From Chiloscyllium plagiosum (taxonomy: Eukaryota): a stretch of DNA of 64,000 nucleotides. A program made the translations under genes and the position numbers. Shown here piece by piece: positions 39,558 to 52,269 of the stretch. The notes below the pieces were generated by a model. That model had not been told where the DNA came from, made no database searches, and worked only from the letters and a program-made list of their open reading frames with translations. The stretch covers positions 69,640,796-69,704,795 of the forward strand of contig NC_057711.1 in assembly GCF_004010195.1 (NCBI RefSeq), read 5' to 3'. The stretch's first letter is position 1. Each line of letters begins with the position of its first letter.

Positions 39558-40605
39558 CTGAAAACTGAAAAAAAAATTATCAAACATATTCTTCTCTCCA
39601 TGGCATGTGAAAACAAAACAAAAATGTTCTTTGGCATGGTATATGGAAAGTGATTCAGTTCAAGCTACATAGGAATAGGAGTAGGCCATTTAATCCCTCA
39701 GGCCTGCTCTGCCATTCAGCAAGATCATAGCTGATCTATGACCTAACTCCATATGTCTGCCTCGGGCCCATGTCCCTTGATAACATTGCTTGATAAAAAA
39801 TTGTCGATCTCCGATTTAAGTTTAACAATTTGTTATGGGTCACACCAAACCCTCACAAAATAGTTAAAAGATAGTCTAGACACTGACTTTTTATTATTTT
39901 CAAGGTCAATGTAAGGTGTTCGATTCCAGATGCAATTTGATTAGTCAAACTACTGGATTTAAAGCAAAACACACTTTATTCATCCACTGGAGTTAAAATA
40001 CAACAAAAGAAAGCAGGAATTGGAATAACAACTCTGCTGGAAAATTATACAGATAATAGATACAGTAACTATTCCTAATTAATTGTTCCAATATAGCAGC
40101 ATCCCATTAACACACCCTTGGCAAAAGGCAAATCCAGAAAACAGATCGTCTCACTTGTAACTGCAATAGCAGGAAAAGATCTGTCAGCTTTTACCTCTCT
40201 GTTACAGTGTATACTGCACCTCTGTTTGTGACATTTTAAAGATCTATGCACCCAAATCCCTGAATTTTGTTGGACATCCATTGTATTTACCTTTGAACCT
40301 TCTAAAAAAAACCTAATCTATCTTTTTTTCAGTTTGGTTTTATTAATATTCACCTGCCACAATTTTGCCTATTCACCTAAGCTACAAAATCCTCTTGTAA
40401 TTTTATGCAGTCATTAACACTGTCTACAATGTTGCCCAATGTTGTGTCATCAGCAAATTTGGATGTTTGATTTTTTTTTACCATTGTCCAAGTCATTAGT
40501 GAATAATGAGACCCAACACAGATTCCTGTGGGACACCGCCCTGCCAATTTGAATACTTATCTATTACTCTAACTCTGTTTCCGGCCATTCAACCCACTTT
40601 CCAAT

Positions 40606-40897
40606 TCATAGAATCATAGAATCCCTACAGTGTGGGAACAGGCAATTTGGCCCAATAGGTCCACACTGACCCTCTGATGAATAACCTATGCAGACCCATT
40701 CCCCAAACCTATTACTCTCCATTTACCCCTGACTAATGCACCTAACCCACACATCTCTGAACACTATGGGCAAATTAGCATGGCCAACTCAACCAACCTA
40801 CATGTCTTTGGATTGTGGGAGGAAATCAGAGCACCTGGAGGAAACCCAGACAGACATGGGGAGAATGTGCAAACTCCATGCAGACAGTCACCCAAGG
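40606..40897 (-). mobile_element. HE1-type SINE, 5'-truncated
   Basis: Reverse complement of the HE1 body, with a (GATTCTAT)n tail. Confidence 0.85.
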
Positions 40898-43744
40898 ACT
40901 TGAGTCCCTTGATAGTGTTGGGAAATAGGTTGAAACTTTGTTTTGCTGTTTATGTTAAGATCTTTCTAAACTGTTATCTTTATCTACATTTCTTGGTTTG
41001 TTTCTTTTGTGTAAGAAACATGTTCCATTGTTAAAGAACATCTGCAGCTTATGCGAATAAAATTGTGAAAAAAACACCTTGTTAACTAACTTATTAAAGA
41101 ATTAAACATATTGTCCACCAAACTGGATTTAATTCTGGATCTCTGATTTGTCCAGTAATATCATCAGTTGGGATCATAACAAAGTGGAGGTTTTTGGTTG
41201 GATTCATGTTCATGGAATTTAAGAGACATCTTTGTCTATTTCAAAGAAACAGGCACAGGTTGGTATTGGGCATAAAGCTGGAATATTGTGCTGAAGCTTA
41301 TTCAATCTCAACTCTACTCAGTGCAACTCTTGTGAAAAATCATAGAAACAAGGTTTTTGCCATTTTCTTTGTTAATTTCTCATCGGTAGATGGAAAAAAG
41401 TTGCAACTGGGGGAAAAGTACTGAGTATTTTTGAGTTCCAATTTGTACAGGACGGCAGCACACTATAGGACAGCTGTGTTGGATAATTCAAATTTAGAGC
41501 ATGGGGACAAGGCATGTGATGGAGTTTGCACGTTCTCCCCCTGTCTGCGTGGGTTTCCTCCGGGTGCTCCGGATGCTCTTTCTTGCAAATAAATAAAACC
41601 TGTGGACAGGGCCTTAAAAGGTCTCACAATTAAGAACAACTGGTTTATCACTGCTTCTGGGTAAGTAGCTGATCTGACCCTTGCAGAATACCTTGAAATC
41701 AGAATTGTGGCTTCAAAGCTGCAAAAAGGCTACAGTGTTGAGTTATGCACCCACTGATCCCTGATCCCATGCCATGCCAAATTTAACCACCCCTATGTTC
41801 GTTATAAGTTTGTTAATTATATATCAAAACCATTTATTCTGCATTCAGTCCAGGTACAAAATGTTTTACCGGTAAAAGTTTAGATTCACTTGGCATACTT
41901 ATAAATTTCGATACTTAAGTTATCAACGTAGTTTTAAATTGTGATACTATGTTTTGTTCTGAACACATAGATTAGCCTGTTGGGTTCTTACTTATGTTAA
42001 AAAATGCAGTTCAAACCATGAAACAATGTATTGCCTTACAAAAGGTGAGATTCTCCCATTTGGTAAAGGAGGACTCCCAGCACGTTACATTAAAAGATGA
42101 GAAGAAAGTAGAGCACCAAGTTGTTACAACAGGGACACTCACAGAAGGTTTCAAAGAATGGAAGAATACTACATTGAGATACTTTATCAGAACTAATTCA
42201 ACCTGAACAGCCAATATCTGTTACAATTCTGGATCATTTTAAAGAGACCATTTCCCTCTCCCTCTTTCTTGGATCTTCAAGAGCAGCTGGAACATCTGAA
42301 CTTCTCATCTCTCAACTTTTTATTTCCAAATGTACCCTGTTCTTAGTTGAATTCTTCTCCAGTTGGTTTCTTGTGGGCTAATCCCCTCTACTATGAACAA
42401 AAGCCTGTGACATTTGTCCACAAGAGTAATGGATGACTGGCTATGACACCCACCCAAACATTTTAGTAATTCCAAGAGAAGTTAGAAAATAGCATTCAAT
42501 AAACCTTATACTAATGGCATGCTAGATTTTAATATCTGATTCACAAATTTACTTCAGGTGAAGAAAAACTTGCTACCCTGAATGCTCTGGCCTATTCATG
42601 CTTCCTGACCTACAAATATATTTGATTCCAACTGCATTATGAAATGGTCCAACTAATAATATTATAACTACTGCCCAGTTGCCTTTCAGTTTCCTCTTTT
42701 TCCCTTCTACTACCAAATTATCATCACCAAGAATGCCGTCTTCCACAACATTCCATTTCCAACCCCATAAGGCAATAAGAGAAAGCTTAAGCATTGGAAC
42801 GAAAAACAAAGATAATTTCTCTGAAAAGGCACTGATGCATTCCATAGCAATGTTGAACCAGGAACATGCTGATAATCGTTGATTCCAATATTGTTTTGAC
42901 AGTCATAAGAGAATATGTAACTGCTTTTCTCACTCTATCATTAAAATACAACTTGTATATGCTTATCCAATATTTGGCTAGACAAATTCATTGAATGCTA
43001 CTATGCCGAGCAAAAATCCAAAAATGATTGCAATTAGCAAAGCACCTAATGAATGGTTTTGTGGACCACCTAATGTCTTTCGACAGCAGAAATCCAAAAA
43101 TGGGTGGAAAAATGGCAGGAACACTTACCTTAGAGTTCTAATTTCAGTTTAAAATTATAGTTTAAGGTCATTTGAACATTATTATTACCTCCAGAAACTG
43201 TTTTATCCGACACCCCATATATTATAGTGTTGTCATCATCCACTCAAATCTGTTGCTTTATACCTATATTTTAAAATATTTTCAGAAGAAAAACAATGAA
43301 ACAAGTAAATATTGAAATTTGAAGAACTCAGAATCAATCTTGTCAATAGATTGAGGACTACTTTAGAAAATATTGAGGAAGATTCTGTTTTGTTCTTAAT
43401 AAAGTCATCACTGTCATGGAAAGGAAGGTAAATTCACATTGATTATTTGTTTAAAAGCAGCATTTTAGAAATGAATAATCTTGCTTTTTCCAAAACATTT
43501 AGGGAGTACATAGGCTCACTATCTTCCCAATCAATCTAGACACTTCTCTGTTTAGCAAATCTCACTTGCTCCTGAGGATGCTATTTTAATAATTTATCTG
43601 ATATCTATGCTAATATAAGTAGCCATGATGTGGAGGTGCCAGTGTTGGACTGGGGTGGTCTTGGCCAACCAGGCCTATCTCCAGTTGAGGTCTTTAAGTC
43701 AACATTAATGAGCACAGAAGGGTCATTTCCGCTCAGCCTCAATT

Positions 43745-43960
43745 TTGCCATTTCAATAAACCACTTTGCCATCATGCTAACATTTCTTCCCTAGGCCTAT
43801 TGCATTGTTCCAATAAAGCACAATGCAGGTTCTAGGACCAACACCTCATTTTCCACTTAAGCACTTCACAGCTTTTCAGATTCAACATTGAAACCAATGA
43901 CTTCAGAAATTGTCTGTGCATTATCTGTCTTCCATGTTTCTTACGTTCTCTCCATTTTGT
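43745..43960 (+). mobile_element. Old Penelope-like GIY-YIG C-terminal fragment
   Basis: LGLLHCSNKAQCR..QHLIFHLSTSQ remnant. Confidence 0.55.
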
Positions 43961-44132
43961 CTTCCCACCCCTTACCCTTACCATCTTGCCTTGTTTGATA
44001 TTATTCATTTACCTCTTAGTAGAGAGGACCCATTCTCTCCTTTTCACACCTTAATTTACACCAACTTTACATCTATTTTTCTCTTTCACCATCATGAATG
44101 ACCCTTCTGTCTTTTGCACTGGACCTGTAGAC

Positions 44133-44452
44133 CAGGGGTGGGGAACCTTTTCATGTTGGAAGGCCGCATTATATTAGTTGTAATCTAATAAGGCCGCATC
44201 CAAGAAACTTCAATTATATATTCTTCAAATTCACACTTTTTTAATTGTGGCGGTCAGTCTGTGAGGATTATTTCATTTAATTTTCTTTTACTCTTTGGTA
44301 CTTTAAATACATTCATTTTAAATAAAAAAAGACAAAAAAAATTAATAAAAAATAAAAGATTGATTCTGCAAAATTTGGATTCATTCAAAAGGCCACACAC
44401 AATGTCCTAGAAGGCTGCATGCGGCCTTAAGGCCACAGGTTCCCCACCCCTG
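44133..44452. mobile_element. Non-autonomous hAT (Charlie-type) DNA transposon / MITE, 320 bp
   Basis: Perfect 16-bp TIR CAGGGGTGGGGAACCT; 8-bp TSD CTGTAGAC / CTCTAGAC (44125-44132, 44453-44460). Confidence 0.92.
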
Positions 44453-45127
44453 CTCTAGACCATCTGCTCCTTTCCTCATGTTTTAGAAAATTAATATCAA
44501 GTTGATATTATGAAGTCCATTAGGAGCTAAAACCTTATCAATCAACAGCTTCATCAGTTTGCTTGGTACTGCTTTCTAAGTGATTATAAATTCATTATGT
44601 TCCCCTCTTCCTTCAATCTCCTGACATGTAGATATTACTGTTTTTGTATATTTTAAAATGAATACTGAAGCAAAATATTTATTTATGACATCCATCGTTT
44701 CTTTATTATCTATATTAAAGTCCCAATTCTCACTTCACTTACACTTGTCCATATTTGTAGGAACTCTTGCCATCTTTTCTTTTATTTCTAGCTAGCTTCA
44801 TTTTATGTTCTAATTTATTTATCCTTATTAACTTTTTAATTCTCTACCACTCTTTGTATTCTAACAGTCATCTATAATCCCACTCAACTTTGTGCAAATA
44901 CTTTTTATTTCCTTAAGATTATTCTTTTTAACAAATTTAATTAACCAATGAAGTACAGTATTCAAGTTTCATTAATATGACCATAGAGTACAAGAGCAGC
45001 GAGATCACACTTAACATACAGGACATGAGTTAGAACTGCTGGAGTGTTGTGAATGGTTCTGGCAATCACACTTTAGGAAGAATATAAACATATTGGAGTG
45101 CAGATGAGGCTTAAAAGAATGGCCTAG

Positions 45128-45646
45128 GAGAAAGTGAGGACTGCAGATGCTGGAGATCAGAGCTGAAAACCCAACCACCAACACTTCAACTCCCCCTCCC
45201 ACTCCACCAAGGACATGCAGGTCCTTGGACTCCTCCATCGCCAGACCATAGCAACACGACGGCTGGAGGAAGAGTGCCTCATCTTCTGCCTAGGAACCCT
45301 CCAACCACAAGGGATGAACTCAGATTTCTCCAGTTTCCTCATTTCCCCTCCCCCCACCTTGTCTCAGTCCCAACCCTCAAACTCAGCACCACCTTCCTAA
45401 CCTGCAATCTTCTTCCTGACCTCTCCGCCCCCACCTTCATTCCGGCCTATCACCCTCACCTTAACCTCCTTCCACCTATCGCATTTCCAACGCCCCTCCC
45501 CAAGTCCCTCCTCCCTACCTTTTATCTTAGCCTGCTTGGCACACTTTCCTCATTCCTGAAGAAGGGCTCATGCCCGAAACGTCAATTCTCCTGCTCCTTG
45601 GATGCTGCCTGACCTGCTGCGCTTTTCCAGCAACACATTTTCAGCT
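45128..45646 (+). mobile_element. Young Penelope-like 3' fragment with an inverted head, inside a CR1 relic
   Basis: HFNSPSHSTKDMQVLGLL..RLEEECLIFCLGTLQPQGMN (GIY-YIG end); 45128-45169 is an inverted tail copy; TSD CTTA(A/T)AAGAATGGC at 45110-45123 and 45647-45660. Confidence 0.9.
45552..45587 (+). ncRNA. Minimal type I hammerhead ribozyme motif
   Basis: ATTC-CTGAAGA-A-GGGC-TCAT-GCCC-GAAA-CGTC-AATT: CUGANGA core, 4-bp helix II, GAAA, palindromic ACGU helix III and GUC triplet; helix I is imperfect. Confidence 0.7.
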
Positions 45647-45889
45647 CTTATAAGAATGGCTCCAGGAATGCGAAACTTCCAATTTATTAGATTGATTGGA
45701 GAAAATGGGACTATTTCCCTTTGACAGGAGAAGCCTGAGGAGAGAAATATACAAGGGAGCTGGGCAGAATAAATAACGAGAAACTGTTCCCACTGGTGAA
45801 AGGATCAAGTACCAGAAGATACAGTTTAAAGTGTTCTGCAAAGGAAGCAAATATGAGTCGAGAGAAATAAAGTTTTCATATGATTAAGG

Positions 45890-46720
45890 TCTAGAGTTCC
45901 AAGATTTTAACCAAGTGACATTGAAGTAACAGCAATATATTTCCAAGTCAGAATGATTAATGGCTTGGAAGGGAGCATGTAGGTGGTGGCATTCCCATGT
46001 AACTGCTCCCCTTGTCTTTCTAGATAGCAGTGGTTGTGGGTTTGGAATGTGCTGTCTCAGGAGCCTTTGTGAAATTCTGTGACGCATTTTATAGATGGTA
46101 CACAATACTGTTACTTGTTATGGTGGTGGAGGGAGTGGATGTTTGTGGATGTGGTGCCAGTCAAGTGGGCTGTTTTGCTTTGATTATTGTAACTCTTCTT
46201 GATGTTGTTGGAGCTGCACTCATCTAGGAAAGTGAAGTGTATTCCATCACACTCCTGGCTTGTGCTTTGTAAATGGAGGACATGCTTTGGGAATGGGGAG
46301 GTAAGTTATTAGCTACAGTATTCCTAACCTCTCACCTGCTCTTATAGCCACAGTATTTATGCTGCTAGTCTGGTTTCTAGTCAATGTATCCCTCAGGCTG
46401 TTGATAGTTGGTGTATCAATGATGGTTAGCCCATTGAAAATCAAGGGGCTACGGTGAGTTTGTTTTATCATAAGTGGTAATTTCCTAACTTGAATATTAT
46501 TTTCCCTTGTCAGGCCAAGCCTGAATATTGTTTGGGTCTAGCTGCATTTGGACACAGACTGCTTCAGTATCTTAGGCTTTCCAAATAGTACTAAACATTA
46601 TGTAATTATAAGCATACATCCCCACTTCTGACCTTGTAATGGAGGAAGGGTCATTCATGAAACAACTGAAGATGGCTGAGTCTTGGATACTACTCTGAGG
46701 AACTTCTGCAGAGATGTTCT
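45890..46720 (-). mobile_element. CR1/L2-type LINE fragment (second family)
   Basis: CTIYKMR..QRLLRQHIPNPQPL remnant; homologous to 61355-62080. Confidence 0.7.
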
Positions 46721-46894
46721 GTCACAATCTAACTGCAGCTTTAATGTCAAGGATATTGGGTCTCACCTCACTTCTGGAGTTCAGCTCTTTTGTCCAAGCT
46801 TAGATGATTATTTAAATAGGAGCAATGTGCAAGGTTATGGGGAAATGACAGGAGATTAGCATTAAGTCAAAATGCTCAGAGAATTAGTGCAGAC

Positions 46895-47118
46895 ATTGAA
46901 GTAACTCCACAAAGGCCAGTAAATGGTCACCAAATAACCCTGTATTTATATGGCAATGACCCAGCTAGCATAGAACTGGCTCGAGAGTGACCAGAACCCC
47001 CAACAGTCCTATTGTTGTCTATCAGCCAAGGCTCCTTGATTAGACCAGATTAACAGCCCCAAGCAGGAAACTTGTATTCAATGTGATCCACCTGGCTGAC
47101 CTCATTCCAATCACTATA
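46895..47118 (-). mobile_element. Possible short solo LTR
   Basis: About 220-bp insert reading TATAGTGATTGGAATGAGGTCAGCCAGG..GGAGTTACTTCA on the minus strand; family unverified. Confidence 0.35.
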
Positions 47119-47421
47119 GAATGGACTGCTTCTGAACCATAATAATTCTGTAAAATTGATTAGAGCTCTATTTAATATTGAATTTACTTTCAGCTGGAGG
47201 AAATACCAACATGTTTTCAGAAAGGGAAGTGGCATCATAAACTTTCAGTTCCAGTTCACTACTAAACAGATCTTATCCATTGTCTATCAACTGTAGTTAA
47301 GTATTATTTTGTATTTTTTTTTAATTGCGTAATTTTAATTTGCCAAAAACTCATTTTTAAACATTGTTTTACTTAAGTTTATTTCAGACCTGCTCCCATG
47401 AGAAAGGTTAAAGTGAGTTAT

Positions 47422-47737
47422 GGGTGGCACAGTGGTTAGCACTACTGCCTCATAATGCCAGAAACCTGGATTCGATTCCAGCCCGAGGTGACTGCGTGCA
47501 GTTTGCACATTCTCCCTGTGTCTGTGTGGGCTTCCTCCAAGTGCTCTTGTTTCCTCCCACAATCCAAAGATGTGCAGGTTAAATGACTTGACTGTGGTAA
47601 ATTTCCCATAGTGTTCAGGGATATGCAGGTTAGGTGCATTAGTCAGGAGTAAATGTAGGGGAATGGGTCTGGATGGGTTACTCTTTAGAGGTTTGGTGTG
47701 GACTTATTGGGTCAAATTGCCTGTATTCACATTGAAG
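47422..47737 (+). mobile_element. HE1-type SINE, older
   Basis: GGTGGCACAGTGGTTAGCAC head, B-box GATTCGATTCC and HE1 body. Confidence 0.85.
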
Positions 47738-47785
47738 AAGTGTATGTCAGAGACTATCAGTAAAAACAGAAAATGCTCAGAGTAC

Positions 47786-47848
47786 CTGCAACTTCTTTGC
47801 AATTTTTCTGAATCAATGATCACATCTTCAAGCATCAGATCCTCAATA
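47786..47848 (-). other. Candidate spliced exon (63 nt)
   Basis: Pyrimidine-rich acceptor ..cttatttgtcgtactag|T..CAG|gtactc; reads IEDLMLEDVIIDSEKLQRSCR. Confidence 0.3.
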
Positions 47849-48726
47849 CTAGTACGACAAATAAGATGCAATGAAAAGACAACTGGAGCAGTGTAATTTA
47901 CAAACAAATATAACTTGCAGCTATGTTTTGTCTTTCACAAATTTAGAATGTCCTAAAGTCCTTTAAAGCTAATTAAGTGAATTTTAAAGTAAAGTCACTC
48001 TTGTAAAATAGGGAAACACAGCAACCGATTTTCATATAGCAAGGTCCCACAAGGTAGGAGTCTAGGTAGTAATCAAGACAAGACTCAAGGTAAAATTTGG
48101 GAGAAGCATCTGCGGTGACACACTTTTGATGTGAAGTGACTGTTTTAAAGGAAGTATGGAATGAGCACTCTGGGTTCTCTCGACTCCATATTCAAGTAAA
48201 CTTTCATTTACAAATTTCTGGCAGCCTGCCCTTTGTAGCTCTGCATCAGTGAAATTCCGACCAACCCAATCTTGCATGCAAGTATACGGCCTTCTGATTC
48301 TTGATGTTTCACTTTAATGCTCATCATTTTGAAGGCATTGGAACTTGTTTAATATCTGGAAAAAATTGCAAATTTAGTTTTCAGAAAACTCATAAAAGTT
48401 GGACAATATGTTACTTAATAAATTTAATGTCACGTGTAAGAAAACTGTCTTTCAGAAAATCCCATAACTGCACTGATTCCTATATATTTTATTTAAACTT
48501 GACGGTAGTGACTCTTTCCAAGATAAAAATAATTAATTAATTTGGTTCTGGTTTTCATTGTTTATACTTTTTCATCAAAACTTCTGTCTTAAGTGTGAAC
48601 ATTTGACTAAATTATAAGAATCTGATGTCTGTCTGCCAGTAGAATTTGAGTTTGCTTTATAAAAAGGTTATAGAAGATTACATTATCACAGGGTTTTCAC
48701 AGTCAACTGGCATAAGTGATATCAGT

Positions 48727-49715
48727 TAAAAATCACACAACACCAGGTTATAGTCCAACAAGTTTATTTAAAAACACTAACTTTTGTAGCGCTGCTCCTT
48801 CATCAGGTGATTGTGGAGTATAAGATCTTAAGACACAGAATTTAAAGCAAAAGATTACAGTGTCATGCAACTGAAATGATATATTGAACAAACCTAGATT
48901 GTTGTTAAGTCTTTCAACTTTTAGAATGGGTTACAGGTTTCAGTTCATTAATATGTAAATCCTAGAACTTCTTTTAAGTCACCTTCTCAAGATAACTTAA
49001 GGCTTCATAACAAAAGGTGACATCTCAACTCAGACAATGCATTAAATATGTGAGGTCTGTATCCCAATTTTGAGTCAGACTGGTTCTATTTCCAAAGTGG
49101 AATTTACACAATGTTACATTTATTAACTGCCTGCAGATTATGCAGAATAGAATGTATCTGCAAATATAATTTTGCAAATACAAATTCACCCCATAGACTC
49201 ATATGTGTGTGCACATGGACATGCATGACAGAGAGAGAGAGTGTGTGTGAGTGCATGTGAGAAAGTGTGTGTTTGAAAGCTTGGTAAAGGGTGTGTGTGT
49301 GGGTGTGATGGAAGATAAGCCTGTGAAAAGGTGTGTGTGTGTGAGAAAGAGCATATGTGTGAGAGAGGGTCTGCGTGAGTGTCAGTATGTAAGAGTGTGT
49401 GTATGTGTGTGCTTGTGTGTGTTTGTATATAGTGCAATGGGGTCACCTGTAGTGTGACATGAACCCAAGATCCTGGTTGAGGCCATCCCCATGGATACCA
49501 AAGTTGGCTATCAGCCGCTGCTCAGCCACTTTGCATTGTTGCCTATCCCGAAGTCCGCCTTGGAGGATGGTCACCTGAAGATCCGATGCTGAATGTCCCT
49601 GACTGCTGAAGTGGTCCCCGATTAGGAGGGAACACCCCTGTCTGGTGAATGTTGCGTGATGTCCATTCATCTGTTGTCATAGCATCTATGTGGTCTCGCC
49701 AATGTACCATGCCTC
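48727..49715 (-). mobile_element. Penelope-like element of a second family (GIY-YIG end, (CA)n-rich UTR, hammerhead remnant)
   Basis: MNGHHAT..GDHFSSQGHSASDLQVTILQGG..AEQRLIANFG..GLN; CTGATGA at 48806-48800 with a degenerate GAAA. Confidence 0.85.
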
Positions 49716-50916
49716 CATACCATGGACTGAACATGAAGAATTACAAGAAATTAATTCTTGTGACATAATATTTCAGGGTCTGTTGAGAACTACCTTCAGG
49801 GTTTATGGAAAATGCAAATCTTGAAACAAAATATTTTTGACTACACCAAGACTTTTTGATTATAAAAAATTATAATTGCTAATCACAATGTCAGGTAATT
49901 CAGTTAACGCACAATTTCAGTGACGCCTGGTATAATGGGGTCTATGTCTCAAAACTGTATTCTTTGTAAGACAGCATTAATATAAGATCCTTTTGAAAGT
50001 GCAATATCAGAATAATCAACAAACAACATGAAGGAAAACAATTTAAATGAACTAAGTTGCATTTCTTCTTGTCACGGAAACATGCATGTGCAGTTGGATG
50101 ACTGAATACAACAGAATGACATGAACAAATTGATTGATATGTGTTGAAATTAGCAAACTTAAATTATTTTTTAACAGGGACGGGTGGGTACTGTTGATGC
50201 AACTATGAAACCACAAGGGCACTTTGAACGCAACAACAGGCCACCTTTGTGGAAAGGGAACCTCTCCACAGCAATGCTTGTGGCCACAAAGGAAGACTCT
50301 CAAAATAGTAGCTTCATGACGAGGTGATTGTGTAGCAGCACCAATAACTCTTGGCTGGCCACTGGGAATACCCTCCAGCTAAGGGGTGTAGGGGAAATGG
50401 CAGGGGTGAGGGGTGGGAAGGGGGGTTACCTGCCAGATCTCAGAGAGATCCTGGCAACATCAGCAACTGCAGACAAACAGGTAGTCACTGCCACATTGAT
50501 CTGCATCGAGGTTGGAATGTATCAAGGGGATGACCCAATCCAATGGTTTATTTAAAATATTTTTCTCTTGGTTCTACTTCCAACTACACCTCTGTGAGGC
50601 TGATAAGATTCAAGGCTCCAGTTTTAAGATAGTTATGGTGCACTGTTGCACAGCTAAGTGGCTTACAATGTCACTTGATTGTGCTAAAAGTCACCTCAAG
50701 CTCAGATTACTCATTGAAGGAAGTTGTTCTTATTTTAAATTGAATTAAAATTATCCCATTGCCACAGTGGATTTGAACTCACATTTTATGAATTATTAAT
50801 CCAGTGGAAAGAGCAGTAATCCAGTTTACATTGATGCAGTATAGCTATCACAATGCTCCATATAATGAACCATTATTTCATGTTACCTGATGATATTTTG
50901 GCAATACACCCCTCAG

Positions 50917-52070
50917 CTGGAGAGTCAGAGTTGATAAAGTGTGGCACTGGAAAAAGCACAGCGAGTCAGGCAGCATCCGAGGAACAAAAGAGTCGATTTT
51001 TCAGGCAGGACCCTTCTTCAGGACTGGGGATTGGGAATGGGGGCTGAGAGATAAGCAGGGGAAGGAAGAATAGGGCTAGGGGAAAGCTAGGTATGATGGT
51101 GATAGTTGGGCAAAGGTAGGAGATGATGGTGATAGGTCGGTGGGAAGTGAGGAGTGGATAGGTGGGAAGGAAGATGGACAGGCAGGTCATGTCAAGAGGA
51201 CGGATCTGAGTCAGAACATTCAACCTAGGATGAGGTGGGGGGAGGGGAGATTTGGAAATTGGTGAATTCAGTGTTCATGCTTTATGGTTATAGGCTCCCA
51301 AGACAGAAGATAAGGTGTTCCTCCTCTGGTTTGTGGATGACGTTCTGTAGGGGGTGAACAAGGCCCAAAATGGATATGTCCTCAGAGTGAGAGGGGGAGT
51401 TGAAGTGGATAGCCACAGGAAGGCTGGGTTGGTTGGTGTGTATGGACCAGAGATATTCCCTGAACCATTGTGTGAGCTTGTGCTCAGTCTCTCTGATGTA
51501 GAAGGGACCTCATCTAGAGCACTAGATGCAATAAATGAGTTGAAGGATGTACAAATAAATCTCTGCTGGATTTGGAATGACCCTCTGGGGCCTTGGGTAG
51601 AGGTTGGGGGGGGGGAGGGGCACAGGTTTTCCACCTCTTACACTGGTAGGGGAAGGAGCCAGGTGTGAAAGGGATGTTACTGGGGAGAATGAACCTAACG
51701 AGGGAGTCGCAGAGGGAACAGTCCCTGCAGAGTACAGATAAGGGTGGGGAGGGAAATATATTTTTGGTTGTGGGGTCTGACTGTAGATAGTGAAAGGATG
51801 ATGCAGTGGATTTGGGGATTGGGGGAGTGGAATGTGAGGATCGGGGGATTCTATTCTTGTTGGAGTTAGGGGATGGTGTTTGAGGGCAGAGGTGCGAGAA
51901 ATGGAATAGACGCAGTTGAGGGCACTGATGATGGAAATAGAGGAGATTCCATCAACATTCCACTCCACCAACCTCCAAATCCAGTGCATCATTCCCCATT
52001 ACTTCCATCACCAACAGTCAGACCGACCCCAAAAATATGTTTCCCTCCCCATCCCTATCTGCATTCCGTG
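50917..52070 (-). mobile_element. Penelope-like element 3' part with an inverted 5' segment
   Basis: QGPRGSFQIQQRFICTS GIY-YIG region; AGTC-CTGAAGA..GAAA at 51025-51000; 51946-52070 is an inverted copy of about 51725-51850. Confidence 0.8.
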
Positions 52071-52269
52071 TTTATAACTGTATTTTTGATTGTGGGCTGA
52101 AACAGGAAAGGATTGGTTTAAAAGCTAAGGACATTTGAAGGATTGTTATATTTTACTTAAAAGCAAGTTAAATGCTGTTTAACAACAGTGGGGTAAGTTT
52201 AGTTACGGATGAGCTTCAGCTGGCAACAGGAAGCTGATTGGTCTGTTATTTGGTGATCAATTTGGCTAG

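Noticed and set aside
41900..43100. Cluster of short ORFs in unique sequence
   Set aside because: No coherent frame or domain; more like UTR or intronic DNA
48062..48355. Protein-like minus-strand frame after a good acceptor
   Set aside because: In-frame stop after 13 codons, no good donor and no recognisable family
50178..50323. Plus-strand open exon candidate (GRVGTVDATMKPQ..)
   Set aside because: Weak donor (gtgatt), no partner exon, and a length compatible with chance
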